This document shows, piece by piece, positions 1 to 9,747 of a DNA stretch of 64,000 nucleotides. How positions within the stretch are numbered: position 1 is the first letter of the stretch; each line of letters opens with the position of its first letter. The notes below the pieces were generated by a model. The model was given only the letters and a program-made list of their open reading frames with translations, was not told the DNA's origin and did not search any database. The position numbers and the translations under genes are program-made. Location: positions 62,001-126,000 of IMG/VR virus record IMGVR_UViG_3300028393_000019, one strand, 5' to 3'.

Positions 1-1161
1 TTTGAAAACGGATCTAGAATTGTTTCAGCTACTACTACTGGTAATACCGGTCGTGGTATGTCCATATCCTTACTATATTGCGATGAGTTTGCTTTCGTAC
101 AACCTAACATTGCTACAGAATTTTGGACTTCAATATCGCCGACACTAGCAACTGGTGGACGAGCAATTATCACAAGTACACCTAACTCAGATGAAGATGA
201 ATTTGCTATCATCTGGAAGGAAAGCCAGGACCTATTTGACGAGTTTGGCAATGCACGAGATGACGGCAAAGGTCGCAATGGATTTCACGGATTCCGGGCA
301 GAGTGGTATGAACACCCAGATCGGGATGAGGAATGGAAACGTGTTGAGACCGGACGTATCGGCGAAGAACGTTTCCGTCGTGAGTACGGTTGTGAATTCA
401 TCGTGTATGATGAAACACTTATCAGTTCACTTAAACTTATTGATCTAGTGGGCAGAGATCCGCTATGGAAAATGGGGCAAGTGCGATGGTATAAGAAACC
501 CGAACAGGATCGTGTATATCTTGTGGCATTGGATCCCAGTCTAGGCACAGGTGGCGACTACGGTGCCATTGAAGTGTTTGAAATGCCATCCATGATACAG
601 ATAGCAGAGTGGCAACACAACATTACTCCTATACAGCAACAGGTCAAAATATTTAGAGATGTGCTGAAATATATCGCAGACGAAATTGGTGAAAACAGTT
701 ATTCAAGTATCTACTGGAGTGTGGAAAATAACACTGTGGGTGAAAGCGCACTGGTGGTTATTGACAACTTGGGAGAAGAAACTTTTCCGGGAATATTTCT
801 CAGCGAGCCGGCACGTAAAGGGCATGTGAAAAAATTCCGCAAAGGATTCAACACCACATTTGGTAACAAAATAGCCACTTGCGCTAAAACAAAATTCCTC
901 GTTGAAGAGGAAAAAATGACCATAAACAGCAGACCCTTGATATCAGAACTCAAAACTTTCATAGCCGCAGGCACTACGTTCAAGGCCAAAGAAGGACAGC
1001 ACGATGATCTAGTATCTGCCCTGCTTTTGGTAGTACGTATGAGTCAAGTGCTAGCAGAATGGGATCCTCAAGTGCTGGAACGTATTAGAGTTACCAGCGA
1101 TTGGGCTGAAGATCCAGAATTTGAACCGCCTATGCCTATATTCGTATCTTCGGGTATGTGA
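1..1161 (+). CDS. terL: Terminase large subunit (T4 gp17-like), 5'-truncated by window edge
   Basis: Frame is open from base 1 (FENGSRIVSATTTGNTGRGM...). Walker B LLYCDEFAF, ITSTPN coupling motif, nuclease LDPSLG and HDDLV motifs. Confidence 0.95.
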   Translation, partial: FENGSRIVSATTTGNTGRGMSISLLYCDEFAFVQPNIATEFWTSISPTLATGGRAIITSTPNSDEDEFAIIWKESQDLFDEFGNARDDGKGRNGFHGFRAEWYEHPDRDEEWKRVETGRIGEERFRREYGCEFIVYDETLISSLKLIDLVGRDPLWKMGQVRWYKKPEQDRVYLVALDPSLGTGGDYGAIEVFEMPSMIQIAEWQHNITPIQQQVKIFRDVLKYIADEIGENSYSSIYWSVENNTVGESALVVIDNLGEETFPGIFLSEPARKGHVKKFRKGFNTTFGNKIATCAKTKFLVEEEKMTINSRPLISELKTFIAAGTTFKAKEGQHDDLVSALLLVVRMSQVLAEWDPQVLERIRVTSDWAEDPEFEPPMPIFVSSGM

Positions 1162-1167
1162 TAAATA
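1160..1167 (+). promoter_or_regulatory. T4-late-like promoter motif GATAAATA
   Basis: TAAATA core 4 nt before ATG 1172; same core recurs before many late-type genes. Confidence 0.6.
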
Positions 1168-1171
1168 TAAC

Positions 1172-3340
1172 ATGAACAAGAATTTAAATAAAATTGCACA
1201 AGATCTGTATGGGAAGATTGAAACACGGTTTCCTAATATCAAGATCGGTGATGAAAATGCTGGTGTTTTGAGCAAAAAGACCGATATTCCCGATGCACGT
1301 TTTTTCGAATTTGAATACGAAGATGACGGAGAAAAGTTGGGAACTATTGCCATCACGCTGGATGCAGATGACGGAATCGTTATTCAAGTCAGCGGACAGT
1401 TGGCTGACAGCAAGCACTACGGAGCATTTAGATTTATCCGCAGTTTTAGACAATTTGCCAAAAATCGCTTGTTAAAATTCCATGTGCAAAATATCGGCAA
1501 AGATCATCTAGACAAACGTGATTACAATTTTCAAGCGAAACCTAAGGAAGAACCAGTTATGCTATCGCAACAACAACCCATGATGGAAAGTAAGATGTAC
1601 GGTAACGCTCGCATGAGTTACCAGGATCTAGGCGAAGCACGCCTAGTGATCAAACACAGTCAACCGGTGAATCCAGAGATTGCCGCTGGCCGCACCATGC
1701 ACATTGACAGCATCTATGTTGAAAACTCACAAGGTGAACGTTTCAAATATCCATTCAAACATCTCAGTGGTGCTCGTGCAATGGCTGAACATCTCAAACA
1801 TGACGGAATTCCCTATGATGCAATCGGCAAACATATTACCAGTCTAAGCGAAGAACTGGCTCAACTACGCAAGTTCAAAGGCTATGTTACACGCAACTCC
1901 ACACTGGCAGAAGCAATGAACGACATCACCCCACGGGTGCTGGAGCGCATTGAAGCAGTTAAAAAAGAAGTAGACATGTTACAACGTCCAGCATACTATG
2001 AAACATTTGCTGAATCATTTGAAGATCAAGAAGACCAAATGATACCAGAAGACATCATGAGTGATTGGATTGATCGACTAACAATACGCACATTCAACGA
2101 AGAATTAAAAACAGCATTTCCTTACATCTTCCGTTTAGTTGATGAAACATCTATCCCAACAAAAGAAGTAACGCCAGATGATTTGCTAGATGAAGCAGGC
2201 GCTGGCGCTATACAAGCCGCTGTTGCAATTGCCAAGAAGAAATCAGGCAAATATGACAAAGATGGCAAACGTTTGAAAGAAAGCCCAGAAGATCAATTTG
2301 AATCATTCCTTGACAGCATTATGACTGAAGCAGAAGATGACGGCCACAATAATCTTTTTAGTCCAGACATTGAGAAAAGGTCTCAAGCACTTGAACAACT
2401 AAAACAGCTGATGTCAAACGGAGAATTCAGTGCAGGCGACGGCGGAATGAATGCTATTGCTAGTATTAAAGGCATAATTGACAGCGAATATCTAAATGAC
2501 GAGTTATCAAGTTTGAGCGGTGATGACGATGCAGGGACAGCAATCAAATTGTATCTTAAACATGTGGCAGATGAAAAAATTAGAGAGCCGTTATCACCCA
2601 AGGCTAAAGAGATTGCACAGGAAATTATAGCTGCCAAGTCACTGGATCAAACAGATGAGGGAGAGCCTCCGATAGGTGGAGAAGAAGTTCCTCCAATGCC
2701 GGACGCAGGTGCTATGCCTCCCCCAGCACCTATGCCTCCCCCAGAAGCAGGAGCTCCCCCCGTTGATATGGCAATGCCGCCGCCCGATGCAGGGTCTGTT
2801 CCCCCTGTACCAGGCGCAGTTCCGCCGGCACCTCCAATGGCTGAAAGTACTGCTATGTCTCGAGTCAAGGCCAAACTGATCAAAGCAATGGAGTGTGGAG
2901 CACAACCAGACGATGTATTAGACTTTGGCCATAGAACCATGACATTTGCAGAAGCCTGTACCACAGTTGGAATGAAACCAATGCAACAAAGTCATGACGA
3001 GCCGCTTAAAGAAATAATCAAATCGATCTCGGGATTCTTTAATCCCCAGAAACAGAATTTTACCATAGGCGGTACTCGTGCCAAAATCAAAGTTTTAAAA
3101 GATTTTAAGAACGGTACCTACAAAGGTGCCAAACCACACCACGTCAAGCAAGTGTTGATGATGATTGATAAATTGGATCCAAGCGGGCAACAGACCCAAC
3201 CATCAATGGATCATGCTAGTCACGCAGAGCCTGGCAATCCTCAAGATGTGCATGTCACAATAGGCAAGGAACAGGCCATGGCTGAAACAACTACCTACGA
3301 CGATTTGAAAAGAATTGTCAACTTAGTACATCATAGATAA
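1172..3340 (+). CDS. Large acidic protein with Pro-rich segment, probable virion/head-associated protein
   Basis: Long ORF; start moved to ATG 1172 after the late motif; Pro-rich tract about 2690-2840; follows terminase. Confidence 0.7.
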   Translation: MNKNLNKIAQDLYGKIETRFPNIKIGDENAGVLSKKTDIPDARFFEFEYEDDGEKLGTIAITLDADDGIVIQVSGQLADSKHYGAFRFIRSFRQFAKNRLLKFHVQNIGKDHLDKRDYNFQAKPKEEPVMLSQQQPMMESKMYGNARMSYQDLGEARLVIKHSQPVNPEIAAGRTMHIDSIYVENSQGERFKYPFKHLSGARAMAEHLKHDGIPYDAIGKHITSLSEELAQLRKFKGYVTRNSTLAEAMNDITPRVLERIEAVKKEVDMLQRPAYYETFAESFEDQEDQMIPEDIMSDWIDRLTIRTFNEELKTAFPYIFRLVDETSIPTKEVTPDDLLDEAGAGAIQAAVAIAKKKSGKYDKDGKRLKESPEDQFESFLDSIMTEAEDDGHNNLFSPDIEKRSQALEQLKQLMSNGEFSAGDGGMNAIASIKGIIDSEYLNDELSSLSGDDDAGTAIKLYLKHVADEKIREPLSPKAKEIAQEIIAAKSLDQTDEGEPPIGGEEVPPMPDAGAMPPPAPMPPPEAGAPPVDMAMPPPDAGSVPPVPGAVPPAPPMAESTAMSRVKAKLIKAMECGAQPDDVLDFGHRTMTFAEACTTVGMKPMQQSHDEPLKEIIKSISGFFNPQKQNFTIGGTRAKIKVLKDFKNGTYKGAKPHHVKQVLMMIDKLDPSGQQTQPSMDHASHAEPGNPQDVHVTIGKEQAMAETTTYDDLKRIVNLVHHR

Positions 3341-3376
3341 TTGAGTAAACTGCTCACATTTAGAGCATAATTCCTC

Positions 3377-3405
3377 TTGTAGAACTAAATAAAAGTGCGT
3401 ATACT
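3377..3405 (+). promoter_or_regulatory. sigma70-like promoter for gp32 (TTGTAG-17-TATACT) with TAAATA in the spacer
   Basis: Sequence and spacing read directly; -10 lies inside an inverted repeat. Confidence 0.55.
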
Positions 3406-3488
3406 GTGTATATGCACTTTTTGTTTTACAGGTGTAAAACAAATATAGGCACAAAAAGCAATCAAAGGCTATTAATAGGAGAACAATT

Positions 3489-4466
3489 ATGGCAACTTTA
3501 GCTGAAATACGAGCAAAACTTAAGGCATCAGAATCAAAAGGTTCTGGAGAACGTACAGGCGGAGATAATTCAATTTATCCGTTTTGGAATCTCAAAGAAG
3601 GCGGCGAATCTACTCTACGATTCCTACCAGACGGCAATTCAGACAACACTTTTTTCTGGGTTGAACGTGCAATGATCAAACTTCCCTTTGCAGGCATCAA
3701 AGGCGAATCTGAAAGCAAAAATATCACAGTACAAGTACCCTGCATGGAAATGTATGGCGACACTTGCCCAATCTTATCAGAAGTGCGTCCTTGGTTCAAG
3801 GATCCAGCATTGGAAGATATGGGTCGTAAATACTGGAAAAAGCGTAGTTATGTTTTCCAAGGTTTTGTTGTTGAAGACGGCCTTGCAGAAAAAGAAACCC
3901 CCGAAAATCCAATCCGTCGTTTCATTATCGGTCCTCAGATTTTCCAATCAATCCGTGCGGCATTGGTGGATCCAGAATTGGAAGACTTGCCAACTGACTT
4001 TGTACATGGTTTAGACTATCGCATGAAGAAAACTTCAAAAGGCGGTTATGCTGACTACTCAACATCAAGTTGGGCACGTCGTGAGCGTCCACTAAGCGAC
4101 ATCGAAAACGCCGCTGTCAAACAACATGGCTTGTATACCTTGTCAGACTTCTTGCCAAAGAAACCAGGCGAAGTTGAGTTGAAAGTTATGAAAGAAATGT
4201 TTGAAGCAAGTGTTGACGGCGAAGCATATGACTTGGAACGTTGGGGACAATACTTCAAGCCAGCAGGCATTGGTCAAAATACCGGTGATCCTGTTAGGTC
4301 AACTCCTAAAGCAAGTGCTCCGGTAGATAACGACATTGATCCGGATGACATTCCTGCACCAGTTGCAAAGTCAACACCAGCACCAGCCCCAAAAGCTGAA
4401 GCGGCAGCCAGCGGCGATCGTGCCCAAGACATCTTGGCAATGATTCGCAATCGTCAAAAGGCATAA
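3489..4466 (+). CDS. Single-stranded DNA-binding protein (T4 gp32-like)
   Basis: LRFLP, CPI, YWKKRSY and GGYADYSTS motifs; flexible C-terminal tail; AGGAG RBS. Confidence 0.9.
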   Translation: MATLAEIRAKLKASESKGSGERTGGDNSIYPFWNLKEGGESTLRFLPDGNSDNTFFWVERAMIKLPFAGIKGESESKNITVQVPCMEMYGDTCPILSEVRPWFKDPALEDMGRKYWKKRSYVFQGFVVEDGLAEKETPENPIRRFIIGPQIFQSIRAALVDPELEDLPTDFVHGLDYRMKKTSKGGYADYSTSSWARRERPLSDIENAAVKQHGLYTLSDFLPKKPGEVELKVMKEMFEASVDGEAYDLERWGQYFKPAGIGQNTGDPVRSTPKASAPVDNDIDPDDIPAPVAKSTPAPAPKAEAAASGDRAQDILAMIRNRQKA

Positions 4467-4526
4467 AAACGGCTTGGGCCTCTGCAACCTAGTTGTACGC
4501 CCAGGTTATCTATTTAGGAGAAACAC

Positions 4527-4739
4527 ATGGCAACAGCAAAAACAGTAAAGTCTTTTGGTGACAAATTGACTAAGGTAAATGAATCATTTACAATTAATAT
4601 GTATGATAATGGCTTCATGGTAGAAGCAGGTGGACGCAACAAGAAAGGCGATTATGTCAATGCCAAAATCTTGTGTAACACACTAGACGAAGTTGTTTCA
4701 CTGGTACGTGAAGCATGCGAAATGGATAGGGACGTTTAA
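4527..4739 (+). CDS. Hypothetical protein
   Basis: 70-aa ORF with AGGAG RBS, between gp32 and uvsX. Confidence 0.8.
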   Translation: MATAKTVKSFGDKLTKVNESFTINMYDNGFMVEAGGRNKKGDYVNAKILCNTLDEVVSLVREACEMDRDV

Positions 4740-4740
4740 T

Positions 4741-5796
4741 ATGGCCACTAAAGCGTTCGATTTATCAAAGTTTAGAAAAACTTTGACCAAGTCAATTGAC
4801 GGGCTTGGTGTTGGATTTAATGATCCAACAGACTGGATCAGTACAGGCAATTATACACTTAACTATCTGATCAGTGGCGATTTTCACAAAGGTATTCCAC
4901 TGGGCAAAGTTACAGTGTTTGCCGGCGAGTCTGGCGCAGGTAAAAGTTTTATCTGTTCGGGCAATCTAGTGCGCAACGCACAGGCACAAGGCATTTATGT
5001 TATCTTGATTGACACAGAAAATGCGCTGGACGAAACTTGGTTACACGCACTTGGTGTAGACACCAGCGAAGACAAACTGCTCAAACTCAATATGGCTATG
5101 ATCGATGATGTGGCTAAAACCATTCACGAGTTCATGAAAGAGTACAAAGAAATGGCAGAGCGTCCCAAAGTCTTATTTGTCATAGACTCATTGGGTATGT
5201 TGCTTACCCCTACTGACATTAACCAGTTCCAAGCTGGTGATATGAAAGGAGACATGGGCCGTAAACCTAAGGCACTTACCAGTTTGGTGCGTAACTGTGT
5301 TAACATGTTTGGTAGTTACAACGTGGGTATGGTTTGTACCAATCACACGTATGCCAGCCAAGACATGTTTGATCCAGATGACAAGATCTCGGGCGGTCAA
5401 GGCTTTGTCTATGCAAGTTCAATCGTAGTTGCTATGAAAAAGCTCAAACTCAAAGAGGATGAAGACGGCAATAAAATAAGTGAAGTAATGGGTATTCGTG
5501 CAAGTTGCAAGATTATGAAAACTCGTTACAGCAAACCTTTTGAAACTGTACAAATTAAAATTCCATATGAAACAGGTATGAATCCCTACAGTGGTATGGT
5601 TGATATGTGCGAAAAGGCAGGCTTGCTGAAACAAGAAGGCAATAGACTCAAGTGGGTTGATCCAGAGACAGGTGAAGAGTTCAAATTCTACCGAAAAGAA
5701 TGGAAAGATGATAAATTAGATATGATAATGAACAAATTTCATATCAAAACGTTAACAACACCTATTCCTGAGGAGACAGAAGAACATGTTGAATGA
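4741..5796 (+). CDS. uvsX: RecA-like recombinase (UvsX)
   Basis: Walker A GESGAGKS, VIDSLG, GGQG and KTRY motifs; start moved to ATG 4741. Confidence 0.93.
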   Translation: MATKAFDLSKFRKTLTKSIDGLGVGFNDPTDWISTGNYTLNYLISGDFHKGIPLGKVTVFAGESGAGKSFICSGNLVRNAQAQGIYVILIDTENALDETWLHALGVDTSEDKLLKLNMAMIDDVAKTIHEFMKEYKEMAERPKVLFVIDSLGMLLTPTDINQFQAGDMKGDMGRKPKALTSLVRNCVNMFGSYNVGMVCTNHTYASQDMFDPDDKISGGQGFVYASSIVVAMKKLKLKEDEDGNKISEVMGIRASCKIMKTRYSKPFETVQIKIPYETGMNPYSGMVDMCEKAGLLKQEGNRLKWVDPETGEEFKFYRKEWKDDKLDMIMNKFHIKTLTTPIPEETEEHVE

Positions 5797-6019
5797 ACAA
5801 CAAATCGGTGACATCTGGGTATTATTTTCCGACTACATTGATAAAAAGCAAGTTGAAGTTGTAGCTGAACGCTATGTAGATTTACTAGCAGATTTTGGAA
5901 CTACTGATAGGATCATGCAAGGTTCTATGGGAGTAGATCCAATATTAGATCAAGCAATTGAATATTACATGGATGAAGAAAGTGATGATGCAGATGATGT
6001 TGACGAATTGGAGTTTTGA
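5786..6019 (+). CDS. Hypothetical acidic protein
   Basis: 77-aa ORF coupled to both neighbours. Confidence 0.8.
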   Translation: MLNEQQIGDIWVLFSDYIDKKQVEVVAERYVDLLADFGTTDRIMQGSMGVDPILDQAIEYYMDEESDDADDVDELEF

Positions 6020-6474
6020 TGGGGTGGTATTCTGAGGTTGCAAAAGATATTTCAAATATTCCTGATGCGGCAGTTTATTTTGAAGCTGAACTATTAGAAG
6101 CTAAAAAAGAATGCCGAGTAACTGGCAATGTTGAACGTGCCGCGGCAGCAATGCCCGGAGTAGTTGAAGAACGATTTGCACAACTACAGGAAATTGAAGC
6201 AATTTTAGAATATCTCAACATTGAACTCAGAAGACTCAAGAGTCAGCATTTTCGCAAGTACTTAGAAAGTTATCAACGTGCTCTTAGCAGTCGAGATTGT
6301 GAAAAGTTTGTAGAAGGCGAGGCAGATGTTGTTGACTTTGAAAAAATTATCAACGAATTTGCCTTGCTTCGCAACAAGTGGTTAGGCATCACTAAAGCAC
6401 TTGATCAGAAACAATGGATGCTGACTAATATCGTTAAATTACGTGTGGCGGGCATGGAAGACGCTACACTATAA
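6019..6474 (+). CDS. uvsY: Recombination mediator (UvsY-like)
   Basis: Helical protein with SRDCEKFVEGEADV and C-terminal KLRVAGMED; sits between uvsX and uvsW. Confidence 0.75.
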   Translation: MGWYSEVAKDISNIPDAAVYFEAELLEAKKECRVTGNVERAAAAMPGVVEERFAQLQEIEAILEYLNIELRRLKSQHFRKYLESYQRALSSRDCEKFVEGEADVVDFEKIINEFALLRNKWLGITKALDQKQWMLTNIVKLRVAGMEDATL

Positions 6475-6498
6475 TCAATTCGCCCGAAAGTGAGACTG

Positions 6499-6531
6499 TA
6501 GGCCTTAAATAAAATTGAGGCCTATTTTTTT
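6499..6531 (+). terminator. Intrinsic terminator
   Basis: TAGGCCT/AGGCCTA stem followed by T7; loop contains TAAATA. Confidence 0.75.
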
Positions 6532-6539
6532 CTAAAAGG

Positions 6540-6568
6540 TTGCATTATCAATACCATAAGTGTATACT
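6540..6568 (+). promoter_or_regulatory. sigma70-like promoter TTGCAT-17-TATACT
   Basis: Read directly; 7 nt before ATG 6576. Confidence 0.6.
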
Positions 6569-6575
6569 AACTAAC

Positions 6576-7778
6576 ATGACTACTATAGATAAACTATTAA
6601 TAAAGATTATTAATCAGCCTGATGACTATGCTAAAAATCTTTTTGCGAAACGAGATTTTGACGTACTCAACAATCTCTATGGTTCTATCTTGGCCAATTT
6701 TTTCATTACAGAAAATCAAAGTAGACTATTGATAAAAATCCTCAAAGAAAATCAGAAAAAATTATCAGATTTTTCACAAGAACTTACTTCAGCTCTGGAC
6801 GCACCTGAGTGGTCAAGAAGCTTTAGACACATAGAGCAGGTTAAAAAACTCTATATTGAAAAAACTCCAGAAGACGTGTTGGCATTGACCATAGAGTTTA
6901 CCTTTAGTTCGCAAATTCGTAAACTGTTAGTTGAATTGAACAAGCATTGTGAAAATTTAGAACCAGGGCCAACTGGCAAAAAATACTATGCAGAGCTAAC
7001 TGAAAAGAATATTGTCAAACTGGTCGAGGCATTATCGCCATTGAACTTTGAAATTGACTCTACAGTCAAAACTCATTACGATACCATAAAATCTTGGTCT
7101 CTGCAGGATATCTCCGATCAGTTTCTAATTGCCAACATGCCTGGTAACAACTTTCAAAAACACATTTCTGCGGACTTGGGAATAGAAACAGCAATCGATC
7201 AAAACATTATTGTCGACCGTGGCATGCGCTATCAATACAGTCTGGAACATCCCAGAAAATTCGGTGAAAATCTCGTAGAAATCATCGCCAATAGAACCAA
7301 GTCGAGAATATGGTTGGGTAAAGAAACTTATGACTTGGCTTCAATAATCAGTGCATTAATAGATTTAAAGAGACTACCGTTGTTAGTAGTGTTCGACTCT
7401 CTAGCCGCTGGCAAATATGTAGAAAATTTGGAAATTTTGTCAGATGCACTAGAAAAAAATGGAATTTTTGACAACATTGGAGTTTACTTTAGATTGCCCA
7501 ACGACGAGGTTGGCACAACATTTAATCAGTTGATAAAGGAAAAATCCTATAATGCTAATCTTGATTCAAGTACAAAAGTGGCAGTTGTCATGAGTGGAAA
7601 ATTACCGAAATTTTTCCTTAAAAATATGTGGCAACCTATGAGTGTGCTGACATTGGATACCAAAATGGGCCTACGTCATGGCAAGATTGCAGTATACTCT
7701 AACTGTTGTGATCTTGTAGTTGAATGGTCAGACAAGGAAGTTTTATTTGAAAATAGGATAGTTGGCAAATGGCAGTAA
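6576..7778 (+). CDS. Hypothetical protein
   Basis: About 400-aa ORF; start moved to the first ATG after the promoter. Confidence 0.8.
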   Translation: MTTIDKLLIKIINQPDDYAKNLFAKRDFDVLNNLYGSILANFFITENQSRLLIKILKENQKKLSDFSQELTSALDAPEWSRSFRHIEQVKKLYIEKTPEDVLALTIEFTFSSQIRKLLVELNKHCENLEPGPTGKKYYAELTEKNIVKLVEALSPLNFEIDSTVKTHYDTIKSWSLQDISDQFLIANMPGNNFQKHISADLGIETAIDQNIIVDRGMRYQYSLEHPRKFGENLVEIIANRTKSRIWLGKETYDLASIISALIDLKRLPLLVVFDSLAAGKYVENLEILSDALEKNGIFDNIGVYFRLPNDEVGTTFNQLIKEKSYNANLDSSTKVAVVMSGKLPKFFLKNMWQPMSVLTLDTKMGLRHGKIAVYSNCCDLVVEWSDKEVLFENRIVGKWQ

Positions 7779-9235
7779 GACTGATAATCAAAGATGAAGT
7801 CAACATAAAAATTGAGAATCTGCCATTGGATGTTCGCAAGAAATTAGCCAACACCTTTAAGTATGAGATTCCATATGCTCGCTATCACCCGGCATTCAAA
7901 TTGGGGCGATGGGATGGCATGGTCAGTTTATTCGGACTTGGCGGCAACGGTTATCTAAGTCAGTTGGAACAGATATTAGGAATCCTGGCCAAACAGGGAA
8001 TTACCATCGAAGATGTTGAAGATCTACGTACTACACCGCAGTTTAAATTTGAACCTGTGACAGAAACATACTGGGCAGATCAAGGCAAAGTGTGGCCCAA
8101 AGGACATCAACAAGAAGGCCAGCCTATCATGTTGCGTGATTATCAAGTCGAAGCTGTTAATACATTTTTAACCAATCCTCAAGCTCTGCAAGAGATAGCA
8201 ACAGGTGCTGGCAAGACCATTACTACAGCAACTTTGAGTCAATTGTGCGAACAGTTAGGGCGTACAATTACCATTGTTCCCAACAAGAGTCTGGTAGAAC
8301 AGACAGAAGAAGACTTTATTGCTGTGGGGCTAGATGTAGGTGTTTACTATGGTGATCGAAAAGATCTCAACAAGACACATACCATCTGCACATGGCAAAG
8401 TCTGAACATATTAGACAAGAAAAGTAAAAATCATGAGCATGAAATTGTAACACTGACACAATTTCTCGATGGTGTTAAATGTGTAATTGTTGACGAAGTA
8501 CACATGGCCAAGGCCGAAGTTCTTAAAAATTTACTCACTCAAAATCTGTGTAATGCGCCAATTCGCTGGGGATTAACAGGAACTGTTCCCAAAGAAAAAT
8601 TTGAAAGCGAACAAATATTTGCTTCAATAGGTCCAGTGGTAGGCGGCATCAAAGCACACGAATTGCAGGAAATGGGAGTACTATCAAACTGCCATGTTAA
8701 TGTGGTGCAGATGATTGATCTACCTGAATTTAACGGTTATGCAGAAGAATTAAAATATCTTGTCACTGACGATGACAGGATGATCTATATCTCAAAGTTA
8801 ATTAAAAAAATATCTCAAACAGGCAACACTCTAGTTCTAGTTAATAGAATTGATTCAGGCAAATTTATAATAAACGAGTTACCAGATGCAGTATTTGTAT
8901 CAGGTGCAGTGAAAACAAAAGATCGCAAAGAGGAATATGATGAAATTAAAACCAGTGATAACAAAATTATTGTTGCGACCTATGGCGTCGCGGCTGTTGG
9001 TATTAATATTCCTAGGATCTTTAACATGGTACTGCTTGAGCCTGGTAAGTCGTTTGTTAGAGTTATTCAAAGTATAGGCAGAGGCATCCGTAAGGCAGAA
9101 GACAAAGATTTCGTACAGATATGGGACATAACGTCCACATGCAAGTACGCAAAAAGACACCTTACCGAGCGTAAGAAATTTTACAAGGAGGCCAAATACC
9201 CGTTCAATATTGATAAGGTTGATTGGTCTAAATAA
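7769..9235 (+). CDS. uvsW: SF2 DNA helicase (UvsW-like)
   Basis: LRDYQ, ATGAGKT, VDEVH, GLTGT and QSIGRGIR motifs. Confidence 0.92.
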   Translation: MAVRLIIKDEVNIKIENLPLDVRKKLANTFKYEIPYARYHPAFKLGRWDGMVSLFGLGGNGYLSQLEQILGILAKQGITIEDVEDLRTTPQFKFEPVTETYWADQGKVWPKGHQQEGQPIMLRDYQVEAVNTFLTNPQALQEIATGAGKTITTATLSQLCEQLGRTITIVPNKSLVEQTEEDFIAVGLDVGVYYGDRKDLNKTHTICTWQSLNILDKKSKNHEHEIVTLTQFLDGVKCVIVDEVHMAKAEVLKNLLTQNLCNAPIRWGLTGTVPKEKFESEQIFASIGPVVGGIKAHELQEMGVLSNCHVNVVQMIDLPEFNGYAEELKYLVTDDDRMIYISKLIKKISQTGNTLVLVNRIDSGKFIINELPDAVFVSGAVKTKDRKEEYDEIKTSDNKIIVATYGVAAVGINIPRIFNMVLLEPGKSFVRVIQSIGRGIRKAEDKDFVQIWDITSTCKYAKRHLTERKKFYKEAKYPFNIDKVDWSK

Positions 9236-9240
9236 AAAAC

Positions 9241-9747
9241 ATGCAGATTTTAACACTAGATAATGAGATGTTCTCATTGAACAATTTACCAGAGGAAGTG
9301 GACGAAAATACTAGATTTGCAGTATTGGACAACAGTGATCCTAAAGAACCAGATTTTATGTTTATGCCTTTGATCTTTTTAGAAAGCTTCAACAGTCCAG
9401 CAATGGTACTGAGAATCGGTGATGATGAAGTGGCTATGCCTATCGATTGGAGCATAGCAGTAGGTGATAGTCAAAGCGGATGCGACATTGAGATCCTGCC
9501 ATTGACAAGTCTAAACGATAGAGGATTTGAAGCATTAATTTTTAATCCGCTGAGTAGCTTTAGGGTTGAGTTTAAGAAAATACAAATTGTTAATTTCTAT
9601 AACGATGTCAAATGGTATTTCCCCAAGATGAAGAATAGCCAGCTGTTAGCAACTCCTATCAAATCCGGACACAAGCCGGACTGTGCATATTTTGTCAAAG
9701 AAATTTCAAGACAAAGTGAAATCATACTGTTAGATAAAATACTATGA
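9241..9747 (+). CDS. Hypothetical beta-rich protein (possible Hint-like fold)
   Basis: 168-aa ORF; fold is inference only. Confidence 0.75.
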   Translation: MQILTLDNEMFSLNNLPEEVDENTRFAVLDNSDPKEPDFMFMPLIFLESFNSPAMVLRIGDDEVAMPIDWSIAVGDSQSGCDIEILPLTSLNDRGFEALIFNPLSSFRVEFKKIQIVNFYNDVKWYFPKMKNSQLLATPIKSGHKPDCAYFVKEISRQSEIILLDKIL

